A DNA stretch of 64,000 nucleotides, taken from the NCBI RefSeq assembly GCF_009914755.1, contig NC_060933.1; one strand, given 5' to 3'. This document shows positions 1 through 13,800 of this stretch, in pieces. Both the position numbers and the translations under genes were made by a program. Within the stretch, counting starts at the first letter, position 1. Every line of letters starts with the position of its first letter. This stretch comes from the human T2T-CHM13v2.0 reference genome, Homo sapiens. The notes under the pieces are model-generated. The model was not told the origin of the DNA. It worked only from the letters and a program-made list of their open reading frames with translations, and did no database searches.

Positions 1-236
1 GCACCTTATAATCAGTACCCGCTAGAAATGGGGTTAGTTTCTAGAGTAAATGCTACCTAAACATGCTCCAACAGGGTTTTGAAAAGATCAATGCCTTGAA
101 AAGATCAAGAAGATCTAGAAATATTTGTTACCTTCCAGAATAAAATCCAGCATTGACTAAAGGAGGGCAGCAAGATCCAGACACTCAACAAGGTAATAAT
201 CACAATGTCCAGCATCCAATAAAAAATTACTGTATG

Positions 237-865
237 TGCTCAATGTCATTAGTCATTAGGTAATTACAAATCAAAACAGCAATGAGAGAGTATTTCATAC
301 TCAGTGGAATAGCCCTAATAAAAATATATGAAAAATAACAAGTATTGGCAAGGATGTGGAGAAATCATTGCCAGTAGAATGTAAAATGATACAGCCAATA
401 TGAAAAACATTTTGTTTGCTCCTCATAAGTTAAGCATAGAATTGCTGCATGACCTATCAATTCTACTCCTAGGTATATAATCAAAAGAACTAAAAATAGG
501 TGTTCAAACAAAAATTGTACATCAATGTTCATAGCAACATTATTCACAATAGCCAAAAGGTAGAAACAACCCAAATGTCCATCAATTGATACATGCATAA
601 ACAGAATATGGTATATGAACACAATGAACTATTATTCAGCCATAAAAAGGAATGAAGTACTGATACGCGCTACAACATGAAAACTTGAAAACATTATGGT
701 AAGGGAAAGAAGACAGACACAAAAAGTTACAATAGTACAGAATTCAATATACTGTATATGAAATATTAAGAATAGGCAAATCCATAGAGAAAGAAAGCAG
801 ATTAGTGGTGGCCAGGGAATATGGAGAGGAGAGAATCAAGAGTGACTGCTTAATGGGTATGGCTT
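237..865 (+). mobile_element. Old L1 (L1MB/L1MC-like) ORF2 3' end and 3' UTR
   Basis: Typical L1 3' motifs: 'caaatcaaaac', 'aaggatgtggagaaa', 'aaacaacccaaatgtccatca', 'tattattcagccataaaaaggaatgaagtactgatac', 'gtgactgcttaatgggtatgg'. Confidence 0.85.
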
Positions 866-1540
866 TCATTTTGCTTTTGTTGCCCGTGATTTTGAGATCT
901 TACTCATAAAATCTTTTCCCAGACCAGCGTCCTGAAGCATTTCCCCTGTTTTCTTCTAATAGTTTCATAGTTTGGGGTTTTATCTTTAGGTATTCAATCC
1001 ATTTTGAGTTGATTTTTTTATAGAATGAGAGATGGGGGTCTAGTTTTGTTCATCTGCATACGGATATCCAGTTTTCCCAGCATCATTTATTGAAGAGACT
1101 ATCATTTCAGAATATATTATGAAATCATAACGTGTGATACCTCCAGCTTTATTCTTCACCCTTATGATTGATTTGGCCATTCATCTTCTTTTATGGTTTC
1201 ATATGAATTATATAATTTTTTTCTGTTTCTGTAAAATATGTATTTTGGAATTGGATAGGGACTGCATTGAATCTGCAGATCACTTTGGGTAACGTGGACA
1301 TTTTAACGATATTAAGTCTTCTAATCCATGAACATGGAAAGTCTTTCCATTTGTTTGTGTCTTGCTTAATTTCTTTCATCTCTGTTTTGTAATTTTCAGT
1401 ATATAAATCTTTCACCTCCTTAGTTAAGTTTATTCTTAAGTATTTTCTTCTTTTCGGTGCTATCATAAATGGGATTGTCTTCCTAAGTTCTTTCCAGTAG
1501 TTCATTGTTAATGTATAGACAGGCAACTGATTTCTATTAT
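866..1540 (-). mobile_element. L1 ORF2 fragment (antisense)
   Basis: ORF 1191..1574(-) reads YLRINLTKEVKDLYTENYK...KWKDFPCSWIRRLNIVKM, a decayed L1 ORF2 segment. Confidence 0.9.
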
Positions 1541-1786
1541 CACACTTTTTAAAAAGTATTATTATATGTGTCAAGAAGTATGGAAATTCTTGTTGTTCTT
1601 CTTCTTATGTGGAACTTTTATTACAAAACAAGTTTAAAAAAATTAGAAAATAGAAACAGACCCAGTGTTACAGCAGCCCGGATAGAAAAAAAAAAAGACA
1701 AAACAGACCCAGGAATGAAAGAGATTATAGAATGAGCAGACAAGGACATAAAAACAGCAATTATAACTAACTATGTTAAATGACCA

Positions 1787-1915
1787 TATTAGTAATATGT
1801 TGCTGTGTAACAAATTAGCCCAAAATTTAACAGTGCAAATAGTAAGCATTTATTACTTTATATTTTCTGAGCATCAAGAATCCAAGAATATATTAGCTGG
1901 TGGTTCTGGCTCAGA
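1787..1915 (-). mobile_element. MLT1-family LTR fragment
   Basis: 'ttgctgtgtaacaaattagcccaaaattta...agctggtggttctggctcag' resembles an old MLT1 LTR end. Confidence 0.5.
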
Positions 1916-2250
1916 ACTTAATCATTTTAATAATGTAATATGATAAACTTGGCAGCAAATTTAAAAGACAGCAAAATATAAAGGGCCATAAAAGTAAACT
2001 TGATAAATACGCCAAATGTGGTATTAACTGTAAAAGATTTTTTTGGTTTTTACATTTCTTTTTAAAATAATTGGGAGAATTCTTCCAGTTGTAACAAATA
2101 GTTCCCACTGAATGACCCTTCTTCCCGAAGAAAACAAGCTATAAAACTTGTAAAAATACAAAAGTAAACCACTGGGAAGTGTACAGAGAAAGATTTTGGT
2201 GATGAGGGCACATTTACTTGGAGGAGGGGAGATGACGAGCCTCATGAGCG

Positions 2251-2588
2251 CAGTCATGCATCATTTAATGATGGAGATACCTTCTGAGAAATGCATCGTT
2301 AGGTGATTTCATCAATGTGTGAACATTATAGAGTATACTTACATAAACCCAGATGGTATAACCTATTACACACCTAACCTATATGATATAGCCTATTGCT
2401 AGTAGGCTGCAAACCTATACCACATGTTATTGTACTGAGTACTATAGGCAATTTTAGCACAATGGTAAGTATTTGTGTATCTAAGCATAGAAAAGGTATA
2501 GTAAAAATATGGTATTATAATCTCATGGAACCACTGTCGTACATGCAGTCTGTCATTGACTGAAACGTCATCATGTGTCACACGACTA
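2251..2588 (-). mobile_element. Tigger3a (MER7A) non-autonomous DNA transposon
   Basis: Inverted termini 'cagtcatgc' and 'cacgacta'. Internal 'ttctgagaaatgcatcgttaggtgatttcatc' and 'atggtaagtatttgtgtatctaa' match the Tigger3a consensus. Confidence 0.88.
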
Positions 2589-2859
2589 TATATTATATTT
2601 GCATCGCCATGGCTTTTAGCCTAGGTTAAGTGCAGTCTATATAATGTGCTAAGTGACACTGAGGGTAACCATGAAAAAACTGCTATCTTTCTAGCCTGGG
2701 AACCATAAGAGTAAAGCCAGGAAACTGTGTTCACTGAGAAGAGTGGAGGAATCTTGGGAGGGAAAGAGCTAGAGAAGGGATTCTAGAATGTTTTTCTACT
2801 CAAATCATTTACTGACTCCTAAACTATGCATATGCAGAACAGATTCAAAGTAGCTCAGC

Positions 2860-3052
2860 TTGGGGACTACTAGAGGTGGGGAGGTAGGATGGCAAGGACT
2901 GAAAAACAAACTATTGGGTACTTTGCTCAGTACCTGGGTGATGGGATTAATTGTACCCCAAATCTCAGCATCACACAATATATACAGGTAACAAACTTGC
3001 ACCCCCGAATCTAAAAATAAAGGTTGAAATTATAAAACAACAACAATAACAA
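2860..3052 (+). mobile_element. L1PB-like 3' end fragment
   Basis: 'ggggactactagagg...ctattgggtac...tacctgggtgatggg...cccaaatctcagcatcacacaatata...aatctaaaaataaa' followed by an (AAC)n tail. Confidence 0.75.
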
Positions 3053-4486
3053 CATAGCTCAGATAAATTTGAAAGATCTGAACCAAAGACTAGAGCTGCT
3101 ATTCATGAAACAGTCTGCAGTTTGCACCCAGCAAAAAAAAAAAAAAAAAAAAAAGACTTGCAAACACAAAGGAAAAAAGCCAATCATCAGAGAAAAATAA
3201 CAGAATCCAAGACTTCCACAAGCTTCCAAAAGTCAACATTAATCATATCTAAAATCCAATCCAAAATTACCCATAAAACAAAGAACCAAGAAAGTGGAAC
3301 CTGTAGAATACGAGGAAAAAAAAAAACAAATCAGATCCCAAAATGAGTTAGATGTTGTAACTAATACATGGATTTTAAAATGGCTATTATAACTATCTTC
3401 ATGAGGTAACATAGACATATATATATAAACATATATGTATATATATATACATATGTTTACAATGGATAAAAATCTCAGCAGAGAAATAGAAAATATCAGT
3501 AAAGCAATGGAAGCAAGAAGAAACAAATGGAAATTTTAGAACTAAAAAATACAGTGGATAAAATAAAATGTTCACTTGGTAGGCTTAACAGATGAGTGGA
3601 GATGACAGTAGAAAGTAAGCAAATTTGAAGGTAGAGCAGTAGAAATTATCCACAGTGAGGAACAAAGAGAAAAAAATTAATTAAAAATGAACAGACTCAT
3701 GGACCTGTTAGATGATACATGGTTGTATATGTTATCGTAATATGGAGAGGGAGGTGAGAAAAAGAGAGAAAGAGAGAGAGAAAAGGAGGGAAGAAAGGGA
3801 GTGGGGAGAGAGAGAGAAAGAAAGTGGTACAGTGGCCAGAAATTTCCCAAATTTGAAGAAAGACAAAAATTTGCAGATACCACACACTCAATAGACACCA
3901 AGCATGATAAACATAAAGTAGCACTGAGGCATATCAGAGTTAAACTGTTGAAAGCCCAAGATAAGGAGTAAATATTTAAATTAACAAGAGAAAAATGTCA
4001 TACTACACACAGAGGAATAAAAAATCCAAACATTAGATGACTTCTCATTAGAAATTGTGGAGACTAGAAGAGAGTGGAACCATGTCTTTAGAATATTGGA
4101 GAGAACAGAGGAGCCTGTCAACCTAGAATTTTATATCTATGAAAAGTATCTTTCAAAAAATTATGGTAGAATAAAGATAAGTTCAGATAAAAGAAAACTA
4201 AGAAAATTCATCCCCAGCAGATCTGTGCTACAAGAAATGCTAAAGGAAATTCTCCATGTATCTAAAGAAAAACAGGTCTTTCGCATTTGTCTAGTGTTAT
4301 AATCTGTATCTTAAATAGCTTTGTGATTAATAAAGAAATTGACTGGGCAGTTTCTTTTGAAGGAGAATGATACTACATTGAAATCTGCATCCTCAGAAAA
4401 GAATGGAGAGCATCAGAAACCGTAAATATCATCTGGACAAATGCAAAAGACCTTTTTTCTTTTTTACTATTTCCTCTTAGTTCGTT

Positions 4487-4820
4487 CCTTCCCTCCTTCC
4501 TTTTTTTCTTTCTTTCTTTCTTTTTTTTTTTTTTTTTTTTTTGACAAGGTCTCATTTTGTTGCCAAGGTTGGAGTACAGTGGCACAATCGCAGCTCATTC
4601 AGCCTTGACCTCCCAGGCTCAAATGATCCTCCCACCTCAGCCTCCCAAGTAGCTGGGAATACAGGTGTGCACCATCACACCTGGCTAGTTTTTGTATGTT
4701 TTGTAGAGATGGAGTCTCACCATGTTGCCCAGGCTGGTCTTGAACTCCTGGGCTCAAGCAATCCTCCTGCCTCAGCCTCCTAAACTGCTGGGATTACAGA
4801 TATGAACCACCATGCCAGCC
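4487..4820 (-). mobile_element. AluJ
   Basis: Poly-T plus antisense Alu dimer with AluJ-type 'ctcctgggctcaagcaatcc'. Confidence 0.9.
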
Positions 4821-5842
4821 AATTTCTTTATTAACCACAAAACTATTTAAGATACAGATTATAAAACTGTCTTATCAGTTTTATAATATAATCAGATATA
4901 ATATATTTAACTGTTATAGCATAAATGATAGGAAGTACATAGACTTTAAAAGCTTGCAATATTTCTATATTTTACATGAGTTAATACATTATTAACCATA
5001 AGTGGATTGTAAAAGGGTGAAGAGGTATATTGGAATCCCTATAGTAACCACTTAAAAATGACACAAAGTATAGCTATTTAACCATGAAAATAAAATGGAA
5101 TTCTAAAAAAAAAAAAATTAAAATAAGCATGATCCAAACAAAAAATGCAGAAAAGAAAAAACAGAGAAACAAAACCAGAGAAGTCATGTAGAAAACAGAA
5201 AATACAATGGTAGACCCAAGCCAATCATATCAATACATTAAATATTGAAACATAAACATTCCAATTGAAATGTAAAAATTGTGAGAATGAATTAATCCAA
5301 AAACAAGACCCAGCTATTTGATGTCCACAAAAAAAAAACACTTTAAACATAAAAACATATATAGGTTGAAAGTAAGCAGATAGAAAAGAATGTATCACAC
5401 AAACAGTAAACATTAGAAGGCTGGAGTGTCTACATTAACATCCAATAAAATAGGTTTCATGACTAAATGTATTACCTGGGATATAGAAGAACATTTCATA
5501 ATGATAAAAGAGTTGATTCATCAGAAAAGCGTAAGAGCTATGCACGTGTATGCAGCCAGTAATAGGGCTTCAAAATACATAAAGAATGAATAGACAGTTT
5601 CACAATTATGGATTTTAATTGCTACAGATATTGTTAGAGATTTTAATTGCTGACATACCTGTCTCAGCGATTGATAGAACTAGACATAATATCAGCAAAG
5701 ACATAGATTATTTGATCAACATTATCAACTGATATTTCTAAAACAATACAATCAATACCAGTAGGATATACATTCTTTTTAGTGTACATAATTATTAGAA
5801 TAGACTATACTTAGAGCCATGAAAAGAATTTTGATACATTTA

Positions 5843-6189
<347 letters not shown>

Positions 6190-6269
6190 TTAAATAAAAG
6201 AATAAAAAAGAATTAGATATCTAAGACATCCAACTAGGTGAAAATTTTAAAATACACAATAAGTAATCA

Positions 6270-6910
<641 letters not shown>

Positions 6911-7745
6911 GACTTTGGTACCAGGAATGGTTTTAGAGGAACAGAATATTAAGGATGGAGTTCTTTCGTTGGTTTTGGGATTTCTGGAGTTGGCTGCTTA
7001 ATACAATTAGACCCAAAAATGTTAAGGATTCTACTTCTAATAGTATGGAAAACCCTGATAGTCCTTGGCATAAACTGTTTAGAATTATGCAAAATAAATG
7101 CATTTGACTCTCCTGATTCAGCACTCATGAGAGACAAGGAGTTTAGTGACTCTATGCTTAATACCTTTGATCATATGTGGAGAGCCAAGGTACGTAATGA
7201 AGCTGGTTGGTTGCTCCTAAGTTCAGTGGACAAAGTGATAAAAGAAAATGATGAACTCAGGGATTCTGTCTCCTGGCTTCAGAAGCAGATACTGAGCCTC
7301 AAATCTGCCAAGATTGCCCTGAGTGAGAATCTTATCTCCTGTAGAGAAAGAGCTGAAATTGGAAAAACAGACACAGCTCTTATCATGCAAGTGGCTGACC
7401 TGCAATGAAAGGTGCATCCCAGCCTCGCCAGGTATCTACAGTTAAAGTGAGGGCATTGATTAGAAAAGAATGGGACCCTGCAACTTGGGACGGGGATATG
7501 TGGGAGGACCTTGATGAAGCTGGGGACGCTGAGTTTATAAGCTCTGATGAAACTTTTTTGCCAAAAGAAACAGCTTCCCCATCTCCAGTAGTGGCAACAT
7601 CCCCTCCCCAACTCGTGCTGCCATCAGCCTTTCCACCTTTGTCTGAGGAGATGAACCCTGCTCTGCCAGAGGCAATGGTGATGGCCTCCCCTGAGGCAGT
7701 TGCCAGGCAAAATAATATTGATTCTCCTCAGGTGCCACCCCCAAC
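6911..7745 (+). pseudogene. HERV-L internal fragment: PBS plus disrupted gag 5' part
   Basis: PBS 'tggtaccaggaatgg' at 6916. ORFs 7019..7408 and 7405..7890 carry ERVL Gag motifs (GWLLLSSVDKV, VSTVKVRALIRKEWDPATWDGDMWED), frameshifted and truncated. Confidence 0.9.
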
Positions 7746-7747
7746 TT

Positions 7748-8124
7748 CCCACTTCTGGTACCAATTTACTGTATTAGTCCATTTTCAGGCTGCTGATAAA
7801 GACTTACACAAGAATGAGAAGAAAAAGAGGTTTAATTGGACTTACAGTTCCACATGGCTAGGGAGGCCTCAGAATCATGGCAGGAGGTGAAAGGCACTTC
7901 TTACATGGTGGCAGCAAGAGAAAAATGAGGAAGAAGCAAAAGTGGAAATCCCTGATAAACCCATCAGATCTCATAAGACTTATTCACTATCATGAGACTA
8001 GCATGGGGAAGACTGACCCCCATGATTCAATTACCTCCCCTTAGGTCCCTCCCATAACACATGGGAATTCTGGGAGATACAATTCAAGTTGAGATTTGGG
8101 TGAGGACACAGCCAAACCATATCA
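7748..8124 (-). mobile_element. THE1 (probably THE1A) 5' LTR (7770-8124) plus PBS only (7748-7769)
   Basis: 'tgtattagtcc...gccaaaccatatca' is the reverse complement of a THE1 LTR. It is preceded by 'cccacttctggtaccaatttac', the reverse complement of the THE1-int start and PBS. Confidence 0.92.
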
Positions 8125-8778
8125 CCATCTCTATGGGGAAAAAAAAAAAATTCTTTAATTAGCTGGGCATGGTGGAGCATCCCTATAGTCCTAGCCACTC
8201 AGGAGGCTAACGCAGGAGGATGGCTTGAACCCAGGAGATCGAGCTTATAGTGAACTATGACCATATCATTGCAGTCAAGCCTGGGCAAGCAAGATCCTGT
8301 CTCTGGGAAAAAAAAAAAAAAAGCAATCAGTGAAAGAAGAAATCACAAAGGAATTATATTATAAAATAATTTGAATTGAATGATAATGAAAATACAAGAT
8401 ACCAAAATTTATGGGATAAGATAAAGCAGTACTTGGAAGAAAATATATAGCTTTAAATGCCTATATTAGAAAAAAAAAAGACTAAAATTGATCATGAGTG
8501 ACCACCTTAAGAAATCAGAAAAAGAAGAGCAAAATTAAGCCCAAAGTAAGTAGAAGAAAAATATATAAAACAATGAAAATCAATGAAAGAGAAAACAAAA
8601 AAAATAGAGAAAATCAGTGAAATTAAGAGTTGACTTTTTGTAAAGTTTAGTAAAATTAAGAAGCTTCATCAGGCTGATCAAGAATAAGAGAAAATACAAA
8701 TAACCAGTATCAGAGGAACTAAAAAAAGGATATCACTATGAATCCTACTGACATTAAAAATAGTAAGAAATCCTCAGG

Positions 8779-9130
<352 letters not shown>

Positions 9131-9786
9131 ATCATTAGAAATCGCTTATGTCAATAACTTTGACAATTTAGCTGAAATAAATGAATTCCCAAAACTGATG
9201 CAAAAAAATGAAAATCTGAATAACTATTAAAGTTAAATTCCTAATTAAAAATCTGATGTAAGTCATTGTTTAGCCTTTATAGAGTCCAACATCTGTGACA
9301 CATACATACATGTGTGTACATACACACATACATGATCATACATGTCATATATAATCCACTTCTGCATCTACAGAGATGGTATCAGGATTGCATATATCAC
9401 CCTTCCACACCCCTATAAGGGTGCCCCTGAACACCAAGTCCCCAGAGGTTTCTCCAAAACCTCTCTCCAAAGCTGTCCATGACCACTTTAGCCCACGGGG
9501 GTGACTCCCTCGCTTATACTTTTTGCTCTCTCTCATCTTTTCAAATATGTGTGCCTTCTTTCCCAAAAGGTGTTGTCTATACTTAAGGGCAGGCATTTCT
9601 TGTTTAGAGCTCCCTCTGTAAGCTCTCATATAATCAACATTTAACAATACTTGTAGGTTGCATAGAAAAATAGAGAACATTGTCTTAATATTCAGCCACA
9701 CAGAGTTAAAGGGCATGTTACTCCACACTCAGTGACGCTTCTGAGATTAGTTCTGAAAGATACAAAGGAATAATTGCCATTTTAAT

Positions 9787-9942
9787 GTTTTGTTTTGTTT
9801 TTGTTTTTGTTTTTGTTTTTTTGGTAGAGACAGGATTTCACTATGTTGCCTGGGCTGGTTTTGAACTCCTGGGCTCAAGCAATCCTCCTATCTTCATCTC
9901 ACGTAGTGCTGGGATTATAGGTGTAAGCCATTGTACCCAGCC
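9787..9942 (-). mobile_element. FLAM (Alu monomer)
   Basis: (TTTTG)n tail plus left monomer, with TSD 'cattttaat'. Confidence 0.82.
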
Positions 9943-11749
9943 TCATTTTAATATTTGATTAAACTCAAGAGTTTATTTATCGGGGACCTACTTCAGCAAC
10001 AAGATTTACTAAGATAAGTGTGAGAGGTTCATCTCAAAATTAAAGCCCCTGATCCTGGCCTGTATTAATGGGAAGAACAAGAACATTGTGACCTCTCTGT
10101 GGGATTCTGCATTGCTGTTGCTGTATCTATGACAAAGAACCTCAAAAGGGGGACTTTCTAGGTCAGAGTTGAGGGTTAGTTCAGAGAGAAATTCAACCTT
10201 GGCCTTGGTTCTGATCTCCCCTGGCTTTTAGCCACAGGATGACCCCTTCCCTGTGTCTTTGATGGTCAGGGGGTGGAATATCCCCAGAGTCCCTATTTCA
10301 CTTCCCTAAAGGGGAGGGAGTATTCTGGATTCTAGAAAATTAGAAACCAAAGAGCATTGTCTTCTGAGAAGTAGAGTTAGAGAAAGAGGAAGAGATGGTG
10401 AAGCCAGGAGGGGCCAGGAGAGTTTACACAGACTTGCTTCTGACTGTCCATGACTAAAAACTTTAGCAGTGACTCAGCATGGACCGGGAGGTGGGACTAT
10501 TATAACTAGAGCAGGACACACTTATTGGAATCATGGCAAAAGGCCCTTTTCTCTGGCGTCTTAGCAAAAGGGATACAGTGAGATTTTCTAAAGTCAACAA
10601 AGTCAGATTCTTTGAATTTGTAAATCTTCCCTTGTCACTTCTCAGCATGAAGAAAATTGCTTATAGCTTTCAAGAATAGTACCATTATTCTTTCAATTAG
10701 CATTTTATGTACTACCCCCCGTCCATCTTCTCTCAATGAGACTCTCCTGAAAGCATGCTGTCTTTTTCAACCTGTTTCTGTGAAGAGGAGAGCATGAAAT
10801 GTGTGGAATACTGTGCTGAGACCTTTATCACAAGAAAGAACCCAGAGGATTTAGACAGGCAAGGGAGTCAGGAAACTTGCATGTCATATCCTACAGGAGG
10901 CATAAAAATCATGAGGTAAGGCTTGCCTGGTTATATCATTTGCTGGAACAACTTTAGGAGAAGAGCAATGGGGTTCACTTACAGAACTTAGACAAGACCC
11001 ATGTTAGCACAAACTGGGAAAAGATAAAGGTCAAATCAAATAGCCCTGGTATGAATTTATTATTAGGACTGCTTTTTTGAAAAACAAGATTCTGTTATAT
11101 CACAGAGAGAAGCATGAAGTATCTATCCCTATGGAGTTAAACACGGAGTGAAATTCTAAAATCCTTCCGTCTAACAGCCCCTACATGCCATAAAACTGAT
11201 GTGCTTCCTGCCAGTTGGGACGTTCCCAGCAACTGATAACCAAGAGCCATTTGAGAGCTCTGAGGAGTCCTTCCAGACGGCTTTGTTAGACAATGTCATT
11301 AAACTTCTTGTTTCCATGTGCACCAAAGTGTTTGTTTTAAACAGATTTCCTATGACCCCCACATGTGTTTAAATTTTCTGGACTTGATGTCTTATTTAGA
11401 AAGCCAGCTTAGCCCATGTCTGAGCAAAGTAATGTGATATGACAAGCTAACTGGGCATGAAGTTCATCCCAGGCATGCTTGGGACCAGAAAATTGAAGAA
11501 ACACGAGTACTCACCCACCGTGAGGGTGTAACAAGGGAGGGGTGGGGAAGGTGGAAATCCTAAGGGGGAACACAATAATTTTTTCATAAACCGAGTGAAA
11601 CAAATTAAGATTTTAAAAATTCCATGATGGCAGATTTTGACATCAGCAATTATCAGAGGATCAACCTCCTCTGCTCTTTTGGGTTTCAGTATATTTAAAA
11701 TCTCCTATTTTCTGTGGGACTTAGTAAAAATTGACCACCCCTCTTCTGC

Positions 11750-12615
11750 ACTGGTTCCCAGACCTTGCTGTACATTGGAATCACCTGAGAAGCTTAAAAA
11801 ACTACTGATGCCGACATCCCACTCCTAGAAATTCTGATTTAATTGGTCTAGAGTGCAGCTGGGGCACCAACCTATTGTGAAGCCCCCCTGCTGATTCTAA
11901 TCTAAGGTTTGAGAACAAGGGCTCGGTGCTTTGTTACTCAAAGTGTGGTCTGAGGACCTGGGAGCTTGTTAGAAATACAGATTCTCAGGCAGCATCCGGA
12001 CCCACAGAATCATGATCTCCATTTTAATAAGATCCCCAGGTGACTCACATGCACATTAAGTTTGAGAAGCATTACTCTATTTTTCCATAGCCTCCTTCTG
12101 CTCTGCAGAAGAGAATGTAGCTCTTAACAGTGGTTGTACATTAAAATCACCTAGAAAGGCTTTCAGAAATATTGATGCCTGGATCCTCTCTCCAGAGATT
12201 CTAATTATGATTGGTCTTGAGTGTGGATTCTCTCTCCAGAAATTCTAATATAATTGGTCTTGAGTATGGCCTGGGCAGTTTTTCAAACAATTTTTTAAAT
12301 CTTTCCAGGGGGTTTCAATATAAACTCCAGGCTGAGAATCACTGCTATAAAAAGATGTTTTTTCTTCTTTTACTTTAATAGTCTTTGGTATAAAGTGACC
12401 ATATCTGCTAAATCATTAAGTTCCCTGGGAGAGAACCCTCTATTCTAATTTTCTGCATTGGTTATCAAAATTTGCAAACCAACAACGGAGTGCCTTCCCT
12501 TCAGAGAGTTTTCTTTGGTAAGTTTGGAATGGGGCCCAGAATCTGCATTTTTTTAAGTCCCATTTGGAATTCCAACATGCATGATTCTTGTACCACATTT
12601 TAAAAAGCACTGCCT
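11750..12615. mobile_element. Cluster of four MER5A/MER5B (hAT-Charlie) MITEs: about 11750-11920, 11930-12075, 12120-12345 and 12455-12615
   Basis: Repeated MER5 motifs: 'acattggaatcacctg', 'tactcaaagtgtggtc', 'ttgttagaaat', 'agtttgagaagca', 'gaatctgcattttt'. Confidence 0.75.
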
Positions 12616-12988
12616 TAGCATGACAAAAGAATAGGAGAGTAGACTTTAATGGGCACAGGGAGAAAAAGGAGAGTGGGTAAGGTCTCAGAGTAAGGGTTAG
12701 GGAGCAGAAAGAAGTGATGCAGGTGGCACACAACATGGAGCTCCAAAGGTTGATGAAAGAGAGAAAGGAGAAACTGCATGGCACAATTCTTAGGAATGAG
12801 CAGTAAAGCTCAAGCTCTGTACAAACCAGGCTACTTCTTGTTTGATCAACTCCAAGTTGCCCAGGGAACAGCAATGTGCCTCAGTGAGCACTGTCTTGGA
12901 AGCCCCAAGAGAAAGAACTTTTGGGTTTTTAATTGCTTCTTCTCAAGGCTCCTGAAGTTTTTTTTTTTTTCTTTCCTTCCTTCTTCTT

Positions 12989-13075
12989 AAGCCAGTCAAA
13001 TTTAGCAGTGGGGGATTGTCTTCCAACTTTAGTGACACTAATGTTAATAAGTTCTGATAACCCATCGGACCAGCC
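12989..13075 (-). pseudogene. Y4 RNA (RNY4) retropseudogene
   Basis: The minus strand reads GGCTGGTCCGATGGGTTATCAGAACTTATTAACATTAGTGTCACTAAAGTTGGAAGACAATCCCCCACTGCTAAATTTGACTGGCTT, which is hY4 with a 6-nt deletion and a few substitutions. Confidence 0.95.
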
Positions 13076-13477
13076 TCCTTTCCCTTCTTCACCCATCAGA
13101 TTAAAGAATTAGAAGAACTTGACTTGAAAGAACACTGTCCAAAACCTAAAATCTTTAACTGCACCTTGCCTTATAGAAAAGATGTATGCAGAAAAATTGT
13201 CTATAAAATTTTGGTAAATCAAATGATATTTTTAATGACTACAGAATAGGAAAGGAGCTTGCAATTTAAAATAATCCTCTGACAACCCTCTGAAAAAATC
13301 TTTCTTTATTTTTTGAGGTTTTATTTTTTATTTCTCTCTATATCTGATTTTTCTTAACAAAGAATACACATTTAATATTGACCATTCATGGAGTCATTAT
13401 TGGATTAAACAAGAAAATGAATTTAAAGCATTAAGATAGTCCCTGGCATGCAGTAAATATTCAAAAAAGTTAGATTT

Positions 13478-13800
13478 TTTAAAAGACATTTTTTAAAGAG
13501 TAGCTTTAGGTTCACAGCAAAATTGAGAGGCAGGTACAGAGATTGCCCATATACTCCCTGCCCCCTACACATGCATAGCCTCCCTGATTATTAAAATCCC
13601 CAGCAGAGTGGTAGATTTGTTGTAATTGATAAACCTGTGTTGACACATCATAATTACCCAATGTCCATAGTTTACATTAGGGTTTACTGTTGGTGGTGTT
13701 CATTCTGTGCATTCAGACAAATGTGTAATGGCATGTATCTACCCTTACAGTAACATACAGGGTGTTTTCACTGCCCCTTGAATCCCCTGTGCTCCAATAT
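13478..13800 (-). mobile_element. L1MC-type 3' UTR fragment
   Basis: 'tttaggttcacagcaaaattgag...gtacagaga...ccatagtttacattaggg'. Confidence 0.78.

Noticed and set aside
237-1540. Twin-priming L1 5' inversion
   Set aside because: The inverted piece lies downstream of the sense 3' end, which is the wrong geometry, and no shared TSD or poly(A) is visible. Two separate L1 fragments are more likely.
7019-7890. Domesticated ERVL gag gene
   Set aside because: It is split across frames, truncated at about 7745, and the second ORF runs on into the antisense THE1 LTR.
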